A stretch of DNA of 60,851 nucleotides, counting the filler, from Sphacelaria rigidula (Eukaryota), in the NCBI GenBank assembly GCA_964200075.2. It is 6 parts of 6 records of this genome, joined end to end, with 100 filler letters (N's around TTAATTAATTAA, not from the genome) between each part and the next. Parts side by side here need not be neighbours in the genome. Positions count along the whole stretch, not along the records: positions 1 to 10,060 come from CAXNAA020007229.1; positions 10,161 to 20,220 come from CAXNAA020007230.1; 4 more parts are not named here. One strand, written 5' to 3'. Shown piece by piece: positions 1-10,747 of this stretch (its first letter is position 1; every line of letters starts with the position of its first letter). The notes beneath the pieces were generated by a model, which saw nothing but the letters and a program-made list of their open reading frames with translations, made no database searches and was not told the origin of the DNA. Both the position numbers and the translations under genes were made by a program.

Positions 1-2
1 AT

Positions 3-69
3 TGTAGGGATGCGAGGTCAGTGGTCTTATGACCATGGCATGCATGATCATGAGAACACCCCTCCCCCT
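3..69 (+). mobile_element. C-tailed retroposon 3' end, subtype A
   Basis: tgtagggatgcgaggtcagtggtcttatgaccatggcatgcatgatcatgagaacacccctccccc; homologous to 615-676, 4873-4968 and the reverse complement of 9985-10060. Confidence 0.7.
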
Positions 70-614
70 GTAAAATCGCAGGAGCGATGAATGCAGTTCA
101 CCCGGAGATTTTCATTGTTATTTCGAACGTAACTGCCGCAAAGGTTGTTTTGGGTTTCCCGAATCACAAACTCCGTACAACCGGAAGGGCAACATTTTTT
201 TATATTCGCTGGTCATTCCAGGTTTGAGTTGCAATACATAGGGGTCAACCGGAGGTTGTGATCATTATTTCAGATTCAGTTGCGGGAATATATGCTTTGG
301 CTCGTTCGGTTACCGAATGGGCAACATCTTCAATATTATCTGGCCATCCTGCTTCTGTGTTGAACTACTGGATGGTGCTAGAATTCTACGATGGAGGGGG
401 TTGACTCCACGAAAAGCAGGGGCTCACAGGTATGTAAAACGACGGTACTACTCGCGGTGCGTTTGTGTTTGAGTGAACACGGTGTCAAGTGGTATGCACG
501 AGGCTTTTTTATTGGTAACAAGCGCGTCCGAACAAAAGTTCCTGCTTTCAACGTCCAGTTCAAGTTGAATTTGATGGAAGAAATGGTCCAAAATACCCTT
601 CCCCCCCTCCCCCT

Positions 615-676
615 CGAGGTCGATGGTCTTATGACTATGGCATGCATGATCATGAGTATACCCCACCCCACCCCCT
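615..676 (+). mobile_element. C-tailed retroposon, 5'-truncated subtype A copy
   Basis: Same 3' sequence ending gagtataccccaccccaccccc; preceded by a C-run. Confidence 0.7.
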
Positions 677-730
677 CTCTCGTGGTATCACTCGCTATTC
701 GGGTTTCATTTCCTCTCTCTTGAAACAAAG

Positions 731-876
731 GTGGAGGGTCCCGTCGCGGTGGACGCCCTGTTGACTCGCGTGTTTTCGCTAGTGACGCATCCGGATAAGA
801 GCCGTCGACTCGGCGGCCTCCTGGCGTTCAACCAGCTCTGCAGGCCCTTGCGGGAGGAGACAGCCTTGGTAGACAG
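731..876 (+). CDS. PRKDC: DNA-PKcs internal exon A (not in the ORF track)
   Basis: Acceptor caaag|GTG at 731, donor ACAG|gtgcga at 876. Translates VEGPVAVDALLTRVFSLVTHPDKSRRLGGLLAFNQLCRPLREETALVDR, which matches the recalled human DNA-PKcs segment [36 protein letters not shown]. Its phase-2 end joins exon B. Confidence 0.88.
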
Positions 877-1894
877 GTGCGAATGTATTCAAGAGCGCTG
901 ATGGTTGTCCACGCTATGTGCGTGGAGCACCGGCTGCGTTTCAGACCCTCCCTGCTTTTGTCGACACATGCTTGATGCTCTCCTATGATGTAAGTTCCAC
1001 AGTACCTACCTCCTTCGTGTTTCATGTTGGTGTTATACGAAGTAGGTGATGCTTTTTTGTGTTGTTTCCTGTTGTCGACATCTTCACTTTGCCTCGTCTC
1101 GTGTGAGGTTGCACACTGCGTGTGGGCATTTATGTCTGCGTGCAGGCAGGCCTTGCTTTGTAAGCCGCAAATCATGATCCAACTTTTCCCCGCCGAACGT
1201 TCTCACCGCGTGACCAACTTTGTTTCGTTGTTGCGAAAATGTTCCGAACTATTGTATCCCCGGCAGCGACTAGCCAACTACCTTTTTCGCGTGCGATGTC
1301 GGCTCCCATTTGAATGATTCCCGGATTCAAAAGAATGTGTTTGACGGAGCACACCGAGGATCTAAAGTTCGCGAATACCGTATCGCCCAGCCATTTCAAT
1401 GATGCAAACAGAAAGCAGAACCTCAGTGCGGTGGTACTGCACGCAATCAATGTGAAGCAACGGACGCATTTTACGTCCCTCACGTGGCGATGATACACAT
1501 ACCCATATATATATATATATATACCTATGTTTATGCGCATGATGTCCCGTCGACTGCAGCTTGAAAGCTACTCTCAAGGGGTGAATAGAATAATGGTGAT
1601 AAGATCCATGTTCAGCGCCACAAAGAGAAAGGTCCAATAACCTTGGAATACTTGCTTGTTTCCCTTTACTTTCAGTTAGAGTACTTCTGCGTGTATATCT
1701 TGCTGTCGTTTCTATCTATTTGAAGAATCTCCTGTGATGGTCGGTAATGATGATTGACGCACTACCTCAACTAATCCCCGATGGATCTGGCAGGGGGGTC
1801 GCGAGATAGATGTACCCAAGGTAAGCAAAAACAGAAGCACTCGCCGTAGAACAAAATACAAAATGAACAAACCAGAGAATAGAACAAACGACGA

Positions 1895-2310
1895 TTTTTT
1901 TTTTTCATTTATTGATTGGCGCACTTGATTCGATCCCCCAGGGGTCATGATCCAGCCGTGGTCACATGATAGGTGTACCGAACCAAGAAAAACAAAACTG
2001 AAACACTCGCTGAAGAAAAAGAAGGAACAGAAAACGACATGATAGGCCAAGACGTCAAGAAGAAGGAATGAAAAGTTCAACAAAAATAACGAAACGGAGT
2101 GAGCCGATGGGAAATTTGAAGAAAGAGAAAGAGAATCAAAGCCAAGAACGAAACCAAACAAAGCAGAAAAAGGAACGGTAAGGAAAAGAGATAAACGAGA
2201 AAAACGAGAAAAACGAGAAGAAAAACCGGTCCCCATTACCAAAGATGGAGGTAAACTAGAATGGCCAGCCCATGCGGCATGGAGTCGCCGAAAAACAAAG
2301 GCCGTGCGCA
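1895..2310 (-). mobile_element. 5'-truncated non-LTR (LINE) 3' UTR with poly(A) tail
   Basis: Minus strand reads ...tcatgtgaccacggctggatcatgacccctgggggatcgaatcaagtgcgccaatcaataaatg then an A-run; a homologous copy lies at about 54250-54540 (+). The 5' boundary is approximate. Confidence 0.6.
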
Positions 2311-2908
2311 AAACACACACACCCATATACACAAGAGAAAACGAGAGACGGGGGAAGGAGAGTGCGGCTCAGCTATGTCGGAACCACACTATTTTGGCAT
2401 AAAGTGTCACCCACGAGCCCTATCGAAGCAAGGCACAAACACTGCTACTGTATAACACCGGAATTCAGGAAGGGAAAAACAAATAATAAAAATATTATTT
2501 AGTATGTAGATAATCACGACATCAAAGTCACAAATGTTAGCCGGGGGCTTTGAAGATCGGACGCGTACTGTCTTTTCTTGCCTTCCTTACATAATCAGGG
2601 CATGGGCGTAGTAGTGCGCTCTCTTGTTCATATTAGAAGTGACGGGGGCGTACTTGTCCGAGCGCCAGCGTTCCTCCCGCACCCCAAATCCCCGCCGCGC
2701 ACCGACTTTTGGTGTCGAGGTCAAGGAGATGAAGGTTGCAATCCGCGGGATGAAACTATCTCCACCTCACCCATGGGTGGTTTCTCAATCCGAGTCTTCA
2801 ATCATGGGGCGCATAGGGGTGTGTAAAACATGCCGTTGCCGGTTGATGCCACGGGAATGACACAAGTTGCGCAACCGTTGCGTCCTGCGCCGTGTTGTTT
2901 CCGCCAAG

Positions 2909-3137
2909 GTACGCGCTGCGTCTTCTTCACGTGGCAATGATATCCTTGCGGCGGGCACACCACGATCACTCTGCGCTGAGTGTTGCCGACGCCGCATCGG
3001 CGGCTGTGGACCGTGCTCTGAGGATCGTGCACCATTCTGTGGCGGAACTGGGAGATAGGGCAGATCTATTGAAGCCGAAGTATGAGCGTGGGCAGCTATC
3101 CAGCGTGCAGAAAATGATCCAGTGGGCTTGGGATGAG
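2909..3137 (+). CDS. PRKDC: DNA-PKcs internal exon B
   Basis: Acceptor ccaag|G, donor GAG|gtaact. YALRLLHVAMISLRRAHHDHSALSVADAASAAVDRALRIV...VQKMIQWAWDE parallels human [32 protein letters not shown]...LVKWLL. Phases consistent on both sides. Confidence 0.88.
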
Positions 3138-3158
3138 GTAACTGCTTTGTAGTCGTTG

Positions 3159-3212
3159 GTGTCGTCGTCGTCGTCGTCGTCGTTGTTGTTGTTGTTGTTG
3201 TTGTCGTCGTCG
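3159..3212 (+). repeat. Compound (GTC)n(GTT)n microsatellite in intron
   Basis: gtcgtcgtc...gttgttgtt...gtcgtc directly after the exon B donor. Confidence 0.9.
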
Positions 3213-3961
3213 TTTCTCACATTAGCCCTTTCTAAAAATCTGGCGCCCTTGGTGACAGAGCTGTGGCACAAAAAGAAAGAATGCGCGAGACAATAAATAT
3301 CAATGCGCTCATGAACATAAAAATACGGCGTCCCGCAGGGCGGGGGTTCTACAAACCAGTCGGCGAAGGATTAATAATCACAAAAAAATACGTACGACTC
3401 GAACAACTAAACTGGATGGAGAACAATTGTCGGTACATGATACGCGGGCAATAAGAGACCAAAAAGGCCAAAGAGAGAAAAACACGCAGGTAGGTCTACC
3501 GGGCAAGTCAGGACAGGGGTAAAACGTTTCAACTATCGTGAACGATTGCCTGCCGCTGGCGGCGGTGTTGTATCGGACATCGATGATGGAGCTCCTCTGC
3601 TGTGATGATCGCTTCAGGAGCTGAGTGTGATCTTTCTGCAGTAGCCTGCAGAGACACAATAGTGGACGTGAACAGTCGACGTTTTCAAATTTGCCGTGCT
3701 TTCCTTGTCTGACACTACGTATTCGTTGGCTAGAGACGTTTCCGAAACGTGTAGGTGGTTAACTGTCTAGGTGACTGCGAGGGACGCAGAACGTCATGCA
3801 GGGGGGGGGGGACGTCGGAGGAGGTGAAGACCTCTTGTGAAGTCTGTTTTTCACGACGACGACTCTTGTGTTTTTTATCGAGCCGTATGTGGTGTGCGCA
3901 TGCCCCTTGTATGGTCATTCCAACGCTCACGCAATATTCGCGCTTGATTAACTCACCGCCC

Positions 3962-4040
3962 ATGCTCTGTCTCGAAAGCGATGCGTGGTCCATGGTCAAA
4001 CGACTAAGGCAAGCAACAAGTGAGTACGCCCCCCCCCCCC
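3962..4040 (+). mobile_element. C-tailed retroposon, subtype B
   Basis: atgctctgtctcgaaagcgatgcgtggtccatggtcaaacgactaaggcaagcaacaagtgagtacg followed by a C-run. Confidence 0.7.
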
Positions 4041-4200
4041 ACGTTCATGCATGATTCAGTTTTACGCCGTCTGATGAGTGTCGGCGAAGGGAGGAGAGTA
4101 CGGTTGGCCTCGTGTCCATGCTTTTTCCGGACCGCGCTTTTCCTGGCGCTATAGCCCTGCTCAGCACCGTAACCGCTTGTCGCACTTGTTTCATCACTAG

Positions 4201-4432
4201 GTGGGTGCCGTGGAAACAAGGTTTCGACGGAAGTGCATGGCCGTTCTGCTAGCCCTTTGCCCCCTAGTGATGGGGAAGCCTGGGTTGCCTCCGCCACCCT
4301 CGGAGACAGGCACAAGGGAGTGGATTCAGCAACAGCTGCAGAGCTGCAAGGGAGGTGGTGTTACGGAAGCTGTACGAGTATTCGAAAGGGCAACGGCGAA
4401 GACTACCGCCGGGGCAAATCCCTTTGCTATCG
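4201..4432 (+). CDS. PRKDC: DNA-PKcs internal exon C
   Basis: Acceptor actag|GTG, donor ATCG|gtgggt. VGAVETRFRRKCMAVLLALCPLV...REWIQQQL...AVRVFE parallels human [23 protein letters not shown]...LWLKDVL...LINTFE. Its phase-1 end fits exon D. Confidence 0.87.
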
Positions 4433-4701
4433 GTGGGTGAGATGTTCATGACAGCGTGTGAGCCCTTCACCGACCAATCCTCACTACTCACACCACTGCG
4501 CGTGTTCTTTCATTTATATTTGATTAAATTTAGCGATCTGTAACTCAGAGCCCTTCCTCTCGTGTTATCGTCCAAATTTGCAAGATTTGCCTAGAGCGGA
4601 CTTTGCTCCTTGGAGTTATAGCCGGCAGTCTGCCGATCGAAGCGGGCCAACAGTCAACGATATAAGCTAGCGCCCCATCCGCCGAACTCCCATCCCCTCC
4701 C

Positions 4702-4745
4702 CCCATATCATATGCATGATCATGAGTACACCCATATCATATGCA
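4702..4745 (+). mobile_element. Extremely 5'-truncated C-tailed retroposon with 15-bp TSD
   Basis: cccatatcatatgca at 4702-4716 and 4731-4745 flank tgatcatgagtaca, the extreme 3' end of subtype A. Confidence 0.7.
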
Positions 4746-4872
4746 AGATATTCTGTACGCTTCGGGCAGAACAATCATTCGCAGGATGCACCTCACCCTT
4801 CATGCGACTCGCCGAACACATCACGGCGCTTTGCCCTTGCTGATTGCGAGCCTGATCCGGCAATAACCCGAT

Positions 4873-4968
4873 GTGCTCCGTCCCGGCTTTGTAGGGATGA
4901 GAGGTCAATGGTCATATGACGACGGCATGCGAGTTTATAGGTATACCCCCACTCCCCCTCCTCCCCCC
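4873..4968 (+). mobile_element. C-tailed retroposon, subtype A
   Basis: gtgctccgtcccggctttgtagggatgagaggtcaatggtcatatgac...ggtatacccccactccccctcctccccccc. Confidence 0.7.
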
Positions 4969-6224
4969 CAGCAGTCTCTGTTTTGCACCTTACGGCCTCC
5001 TGTTACCCGTGGATGATCAGCAAAAGCTGTGTTTTGCTCTACCAACCGTCGATTTAGGGTGCACATGGTGTTCAAGGGGTGATTATACCGCAAGTCATGT
5101 GGTCGTTCGCATGTCGTACTCCGCATTTTGGATCCGATCGCTGATTTTGACACCAGATGCTAGGCCACGTATACCTCGTCGTGCATGCACATGGCGTGGT
5201 TGTGCGGTCTGTTGGATCGCCCGTGAAAATATAGAGACATAATCGATGATACCAGCAAGCGGTGTTGGCGTGATATGTTTGCCCAAGCGACTTTCTATTT
5301 GTAGCCCAGTCCCACAGTTGCGGCATGTAGGTAAGTGTGGAGGTACGGCGAGGCGCCAACGCACGGCCTGCATTACAGTATGGTGCCACTTGAAGGTTGT
5401 GCTCGTTACGTACTACTGGACTGATGTGCAGTATGCGTAACGCTGTTGTTGGGTGCTAATGATGGCGGTTGCACGGTATGCTTATACTGAGATCATTGAC
5501 TGTGGCCCTTCTGGAACTTCTGTGCATCGTGTCCTGGCGTATTGATGTGCGTGTACCCAAGAGTATACAAGCTACCGAGATTACCGTCTGTCATTTTCCA
5601 GGTCTTCGACGCGGGTGCCGGTCTGAGAATCTCGCATTTCGGCCGAATTACCTGATGGAGAAAGCAAGAGTACTGATCGCCCGTGCGTGATATATTCACG
5701 TAGAATTCTTTACTAGAGGTGTTCGGTAGCGAAAGGGGTGGCATCGAATCCAATACTTCGGAGGATTTTTTGCTTCCCGCGTAAGCTATGTGGCACGTTC
5801 CGCACGTCGACTGCATGCATCTCATATCGTTAGGGTGCGCGAAAATCGCGCCAAAATTACCTCCAGATGCCCGGGGTAGTCAATCCGAGGTGGCATAACC
5901 CGTTTCGCCGCCTTTACCACGCAGAGCACGAAAGCGAAGGGCGGAAATTGGGCACTTTTTGAAACGCACTTTCTCGTTTCCATAAGGAACGGTCCGTCAT
6001 CCCTATAAAAACGCCGTCCAATGTATAGAATACTTCTCCACGGACCGAAAGGTAACTAGATGCTTTTGATGAAAAGAAACACGCGCAAGTTATGTTGATA
6101 GGTCTTTTCGGTCATTATATGCGATGTAGGTTCTCACATCATACGTGGGCGGTGAGGCGTTTCAGCAATAGGAAGGGTATCACAACGGCAGTTCCGTGGA
6201 ATTGTTCACCTGGAGATGAGTATT

Positions 6225-6590
6225 CTAGTACCCCGAAACCTCGTGCAAACTTCGCCCTCTCGAGCATCCTGACGCTATGGGGAAATACAATTTTTTGCAA
6301 GGTTGTATTTTGTCGAGTGCGGATATGTTCGGTAGGGTATGTGATTTCGTAAAGAACTTACAGAACTTTCGGGTATCGGTATGAAGTCTTGCAGAACGTA
6401 CAGAACCTGCAGGGTACGGTATGGAGGTTGCATGTAAACCCTTACCCACGGCTGGGTATTTCTACAAGGGTATACCCGTACCCAGGGGAACGATGAAAGT
6501 TTCGTACAAATTTCACAGAGCGGTCGGGTTCGGGTAATACCCAAATGAATACCCCGGGTATACAAATCATGGTACACTCGACAACACATC
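6225..6590. repeat. Intronic MITE-like element with internal acagaac and gggta/taccc motifs
   Basis: Repeated acagaac motifs and palindromic gggtataccc / taccccgggta motifs; non-coding. Ends not defined. Confidence 0.45.
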
Positions 6591-6737
6591 CTTTCATTTT
6601 CGTCATTTTATTTATTTTTAATTTTTTGTTCGAGGAGTGATAGCGGCAGTGTTTCCTGTGAGTGACCCCTGTCTCATCCCACATTCTGGACAGTAATAGC
6701 AATACTCCCGCGACCGTGACGTGTTTGACTGGCTCAG

Positions 6738-7508
6738 GCGGTGCCGACAAAGGTCGAGAGCAGGCCTACACCGAGAAGGACAGATGCGAACGCATATCGA
6801 CAGCCGCAGACTGCTACCAGTTCGCATGCGAGACGGGGGTCATCACACCGGACGAAATTTTTCTGAGAATGCCATTGGCCGCAGCGAGCACTGAACCCGC
6901 CACCGGAGACAAAAGAAGCGGTACTGCATCGACAGGTGACGGTTCCACAACCAGTAAGAAGAGGAGGGTTGGCGACGAAAATATCAAGGAGGAGGAACCA
7001 GAGGGAGCGGCAGGATCGACCACCAACACCACATCCACCGCTAGTACGACCACCACTACCCGGCCGCGGGTTTTGAGGTCTCTCGCAGCGGTGACTGAAA
7101 AATACGGGAATTATGTTCGGAATTTTCCGTTTCAAATGTTCTTCGGCGGGTCAGACGAAATGGACGCCGGCGATAAAGGAAGAGGGCACGGTGGAACGAA
7201 TAATCCCCGCCCCGTATCCCGTGGTAATTCGGCTTTCGACCACACTGGCACCTTGCTCGACGACCCCGGGGCGCTCCCATCTGAGAGAGCGGCCGCGAGG
7301 CTAGCCCGCGCAGTCTTGATCCGCCGAGGATTCAATCTGATGGCAGCGTGCCTGAGTGGCAGCGATCGACGGGATGATATGGCCGCTGTCCTAGTGAGGG
7401 AGGGCCTTTGGGGCGAAGACGCGCACCGGCTGGTGATGTACTCCTTGGCGTGGCCCTGGGCGGGAGGGCTCTTGCCCCGCGCCTCTGACGGTGACGAGGT
7501 TGAAATCT
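6738..7508 (+). CDS. PRKDC: DNA-PKcs internal exon D with low-complexity insertions
   Basis: Acceptor ctcag|GC, donor ATCT|gtaagt, inside ORF 6662..7552. ISTAADCYQFACETGVI parallels LLAALECYNTFIGERTV; ARAVLIRRGFNLMAACL parallels KCTVVVRIMEFTTTLL; HRLVMYSLAWP parallels MRVLVQTLCEP. Confidence 0.85.
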
Positions 7509-8146
7509 GTAAGTCGGTCGTAGGACCGGGTAGCGGCGGGGTTACCCGCTGAGTCAGCCAAGAAGTCGTATTGAAGGCTTAAGGTTTTTCTCTCCTCGAT
7601 GTTCAGGCTTAGGAGCTTCAATTTTCACACGAGGTTCACATCTTTTACACTCGGAAAGTAGCGAAGAAGTACATACCAAAAATAGAAATATCAGATAGCA
7701 GGAGGGATTTGAAATTTCCGTGAGAAAAGAAAAAACAGCAATAGCTCAATAGGAAAATTACAAAAAACTAGCTACTTTCGAGAACAATGTTTGTCTTGCG
7801 TGTAGGAGGTACTTACCAAAGTTCGGCTCAAAACTCCTGAAATCGAGGCCGGGGCATTCCACGTTTCGTCTGTCACCGCTGCACCCAGTGGTCTGGCTTG
7901 TACAGGAGCTGTCCTACAAGGCGGAAGGAAGATCACGCGTTCATATCCCGACCGATACTTTGCCTTTAGCGGACTCTGATTCCGTCGTTGAGGTCATTTC
8001 TTATGCACTGCGTTTTGTTTTTGAGCGGCAGAGCGTGCATCAGCAGGTTGGTGTGCACTTCCCAGCGATATGCTCACATCGGGCTGGTTCGGGACTCTTG
8101 AAACGTTATCGTGTGCCGAAGGAATGGCGGTTTCTTGGTTGGCCCA

Positions 8147-8260
8147 GCTCGTAGAGGGGGTGGGGGGTGGGGGGTACCCATTTATTTGTTGCTTGCCTCA
8201 CTCGTTTTACCATTGACCACGCATCCCTTTCGAGACGGAGCACACGGCTCGTAGAGGGGG
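8147..8260 (-). mobile_element. C-tailed retroposon, subtype B, with 14-bp TSD
   Basis: gctcgtagaggggg at 8147-8160 and 8247-8260 flank an 86-bp element (8161-8246) whose minus strand ends gggtaccccccacccccca. Confidence 0.8.
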
Positions 8261-9126
8261 GGGGGCGTCTATTGGGCACATGAAAATGGCCTCATCTTAA
8301 TAAACCCTCATTGAACATGGTCCCGTTTTCATTCTCGTGCTCATTCCCATCTTATGCAAGATGGGGGGTGGGAGAGTTTATGCCAACAAAAGTGCCTCTA
8401 GAAATGTCACGCAAACCTTACGGGAGATAAGTGGCTTGGTTCACGTATGCAGAAGTCCAGAGAGGACTGGTGGAGGGCTTGCAATCATTTTTAGGGCTAT
8501 AGGTGACTTTCTCGGTCCCAGTCTCCTTCAGAGCTCTGTATCCCTTTTTTTTCATAAATGTATGTGCGGTTACACTATAGCTCGATTGAAGACGTTCAAT
8601 TACTGGACGGATGTTTCACTGGGTTCCCTTCAAATGGTCGGCGCCTTCCGTGTTCGTGCTGGCTTTCCCGGGTCATAATCCAATAATTGCGCGGTGCTCT
8701 GGACGCAAGTTGGATTCCTCATCCTCTCGAGATGAAGTTGGGAGCACGCACCTGTCTGGTCGCTCAGTCCACCAAACATGCACTATTCGTCATGAATACG
8801 GAAACGTCTGTCATGTTACCAGGGCTGAATCCCTGGGAGATCAGTTGAAGTTTGACGACCAGTAAAAAATCAGTGAACAGAAACAAGGAGTACCTCTGGT
8901 CAACATCTTCACGACTCGGTGTGTACGGTTGTCATAACTAGCCGCTGATATAATGAACTAGGTCCATCGTGACATCTCGACTCATGTCGCCTCGTACATG
9001 GTGAACTACTAAAGATTTTCAACACCACCACGGCTTCCCGCTACTCACTTCGTTCCAACGATGTACAACGTCCCCTTCTTGCCCCCCTTTTTTCCACTTC
9101 GCTTCCTCAAATCGAAATATCTGTAG

Positions 9127-9558
9127 TCCTACCCGCGGCCGCCGAACGCCTGCTATCGCACTGGAGAACCTTGGACCGTCACGCCAAAGAGAAGGGCGGT
9201 CCGACGTTCTCTGACACTCTACAAGGCATGCTTCGATTTCCTCGCAGAGACGCGGGAATCAACACCGTTCACGCCGTTCACAACGACGCCGATTCGGAGG
9301 ACTTGTGTCAGAGGTTACTATCGAGCTCTCTGTCTTCGACCGAAGCATTATCGAGGCCATCGCTTGACCGGTCCACCGCCGCCATTACCTTGAAAAACGC
9401 CGCGCCTGACCGATTGGGGCTGTCGAAAAGCAATCGTCATAAGCCGACGCCATCACCAGATGACGAGTTGGTGGGACGCGTTATCCGAGCGTATCGGGTG
9501 TTAGCGCATGTGGGGCTTTTCAGCGACAGTACCCCCGGTACCCCCAGCTCGAACAGAG
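9127..9558 (+). CDS. PRKDC: DNA-PKcs internal exon E
   Basis: Acceptor ctgtag|TC completes a Phe codon with exon D; donor AGAG|gtacgt. FLPAAAERLL parallels HLPDVCVNLM; VIRAYRVLAHVGLF parallels VVSACKQLHRAGLL. Confidence 0.8.
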
Positions 9559-9702
9559 GTACGTCTCCGAGAGACCATTTATTTGTTATTTATTTCACGT
9601 TTGCGTGGCAGGATGTGTTGTGTTTTGTCAAGCTTGACCTTGAAAGCTGTGCTTGTCCGGACGCGTCGTCAATCGGGCGCACCGAGCTCTTGCTCGCACC
9701 AG

Positions 9703-9747
9703 GAGTATCGCCAGCAGCCGGGGTTGGCACCACCGAGTCGAGCAGCG
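9703..9747 (+). CDS. PRKDC: Putative 45-nt DNA-PKcs mini-exon (GVSPAAGVGTTESSS)
   Basis: Acceptor accag|GA, donor AGCG|gtacgt, phase 1 on both sides and in frame with exon E. No conserved residues to confirm it. Confidence 0.45.
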
Positions 9748-9866
9748 GTACGTCTCTCGGAGAAACAGCGCACGTGTGCTTCAGCTGGGGCGGTCTCGTG
9801 CTCGCCTCATAACACCATTGCCCCCTTTTTCGGGCTTCAGAGCGGTTTCGCCGAAGATGGTCGATT

Positions 9867-10060
9867 GGGGAGGGGGGGGGCATATTTGTTGCTTGCCGTA
9901 GTCATTCGACCATTGACCACGTATCCCTTTCGAAACGGAGCACCGTTCCTACTACTAATAGACACACCTGAATCATTTGTGCATGGGGGGGTGTACTCAT
10001 GATCATTCATGCCATAGTCATAAGACCACTGACCCCGCTTCCCTACACAGCCGGGACGGA
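9867..10060 (-). mobile_element. Adjacent C-tailed retroposon copies (subtype B 9867-9951, subtype A 9985-10060)
   Basis: Reverse complements match the other copies; the contig ends inside the repeat. Confidence 0.7.
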
Positions 10061-10160
10061 NNNNNNNNNNNNNNNNNNNNNNNNNNNNNNNNNNNNNNNN
10101 NNNNTTAATTAATTAANNNNNNNNNNNNNNNNNNNNNNNNNNNNNNNNNNNNNNNNNNNN
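10061..10160. other. Artificial contig linker
   Basis: N44-TTAATTAATTAA-N44, which places stops in all six frames. Confidence 0.98.
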
Positions 10161-10174
10161 CAACTAAACGTTGC

Positions 10175-10747
10175 GACATAGCTTGGGTGTGTGGGAAGCG
10201 CACGCAAGAAACCGCAGTCCAATCCCTCGCTTCGTTGCCGAGTTGTAAGCGGTGCGCGATCGGCACTTTCGGGTTGAGGATCAGGAGCGTCTTTCGAGGT
10301 CGAACAAGGCAGATTCGAAAAAATCGGTGCGCGTACTATTTTTCCTCCTGCAAGCAAGTTGCGACAACATGCACTTGATTGCGTGCACCCAGGCGCTGCC
10401 TTGTTTTGAGCGGCTGTGCACAGAGGGCAAATTCGCCTTAAAACGGCGAGGATCCTCTCAAGCGTCAATAAACAGAGGGAGAGTTGACAGACGGACAAAG
10501 CTGGCGGCTGCTTCGTGTTGGGGCTCTGGTGCAGAAGCCAAGGCGTCGAGAGTGATTTCAGTACGAGTATGTGCGTTACATCTGCTGGTGACCGCGGTCA
10601 TGTATTTAGTAGCTGTCTGTGTGTACTGTTATATCCATAGTATCAGAATGAGACACAAACTATGTTAGGTTCGAGAAGTTTCGTTTTTCACTTTGTGGCA
10701 TACCACCATGTGCTGCTGCTGCTGCTTTGTTTTGTACGGCTGTGCAC
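10175..10747 (+). repeat. Dispersed ~600-bp repeat (second copy 29765-30376)
   Basis: tagcttgggtgtgtggg-agcgcacgcaagaaa-cgcagtccaatcc ... tgtacggctgtgcac is collinear in both copies. Confidence 0.85.

Noticed and set aside
1712..2332. 206-aa Phe/Leu-rich ORF resembling a membrane protein
   Set aside because: Translation of a T-rich LINE 3' UTR.
1..10060. Inverted repeats at both ends of contig 1, suggesting a 10-kb transposon that captured DNA-PKcs
   Set aside because: They are two of many dispersed copies of the C-tailed repeat; contigs commonly break in repeats.
10105..10116. Recurrent TTAATTAATTAA motif at ~10-kb spacing
   Set aside because: Artificial six-frame-stop linker inside N runs.
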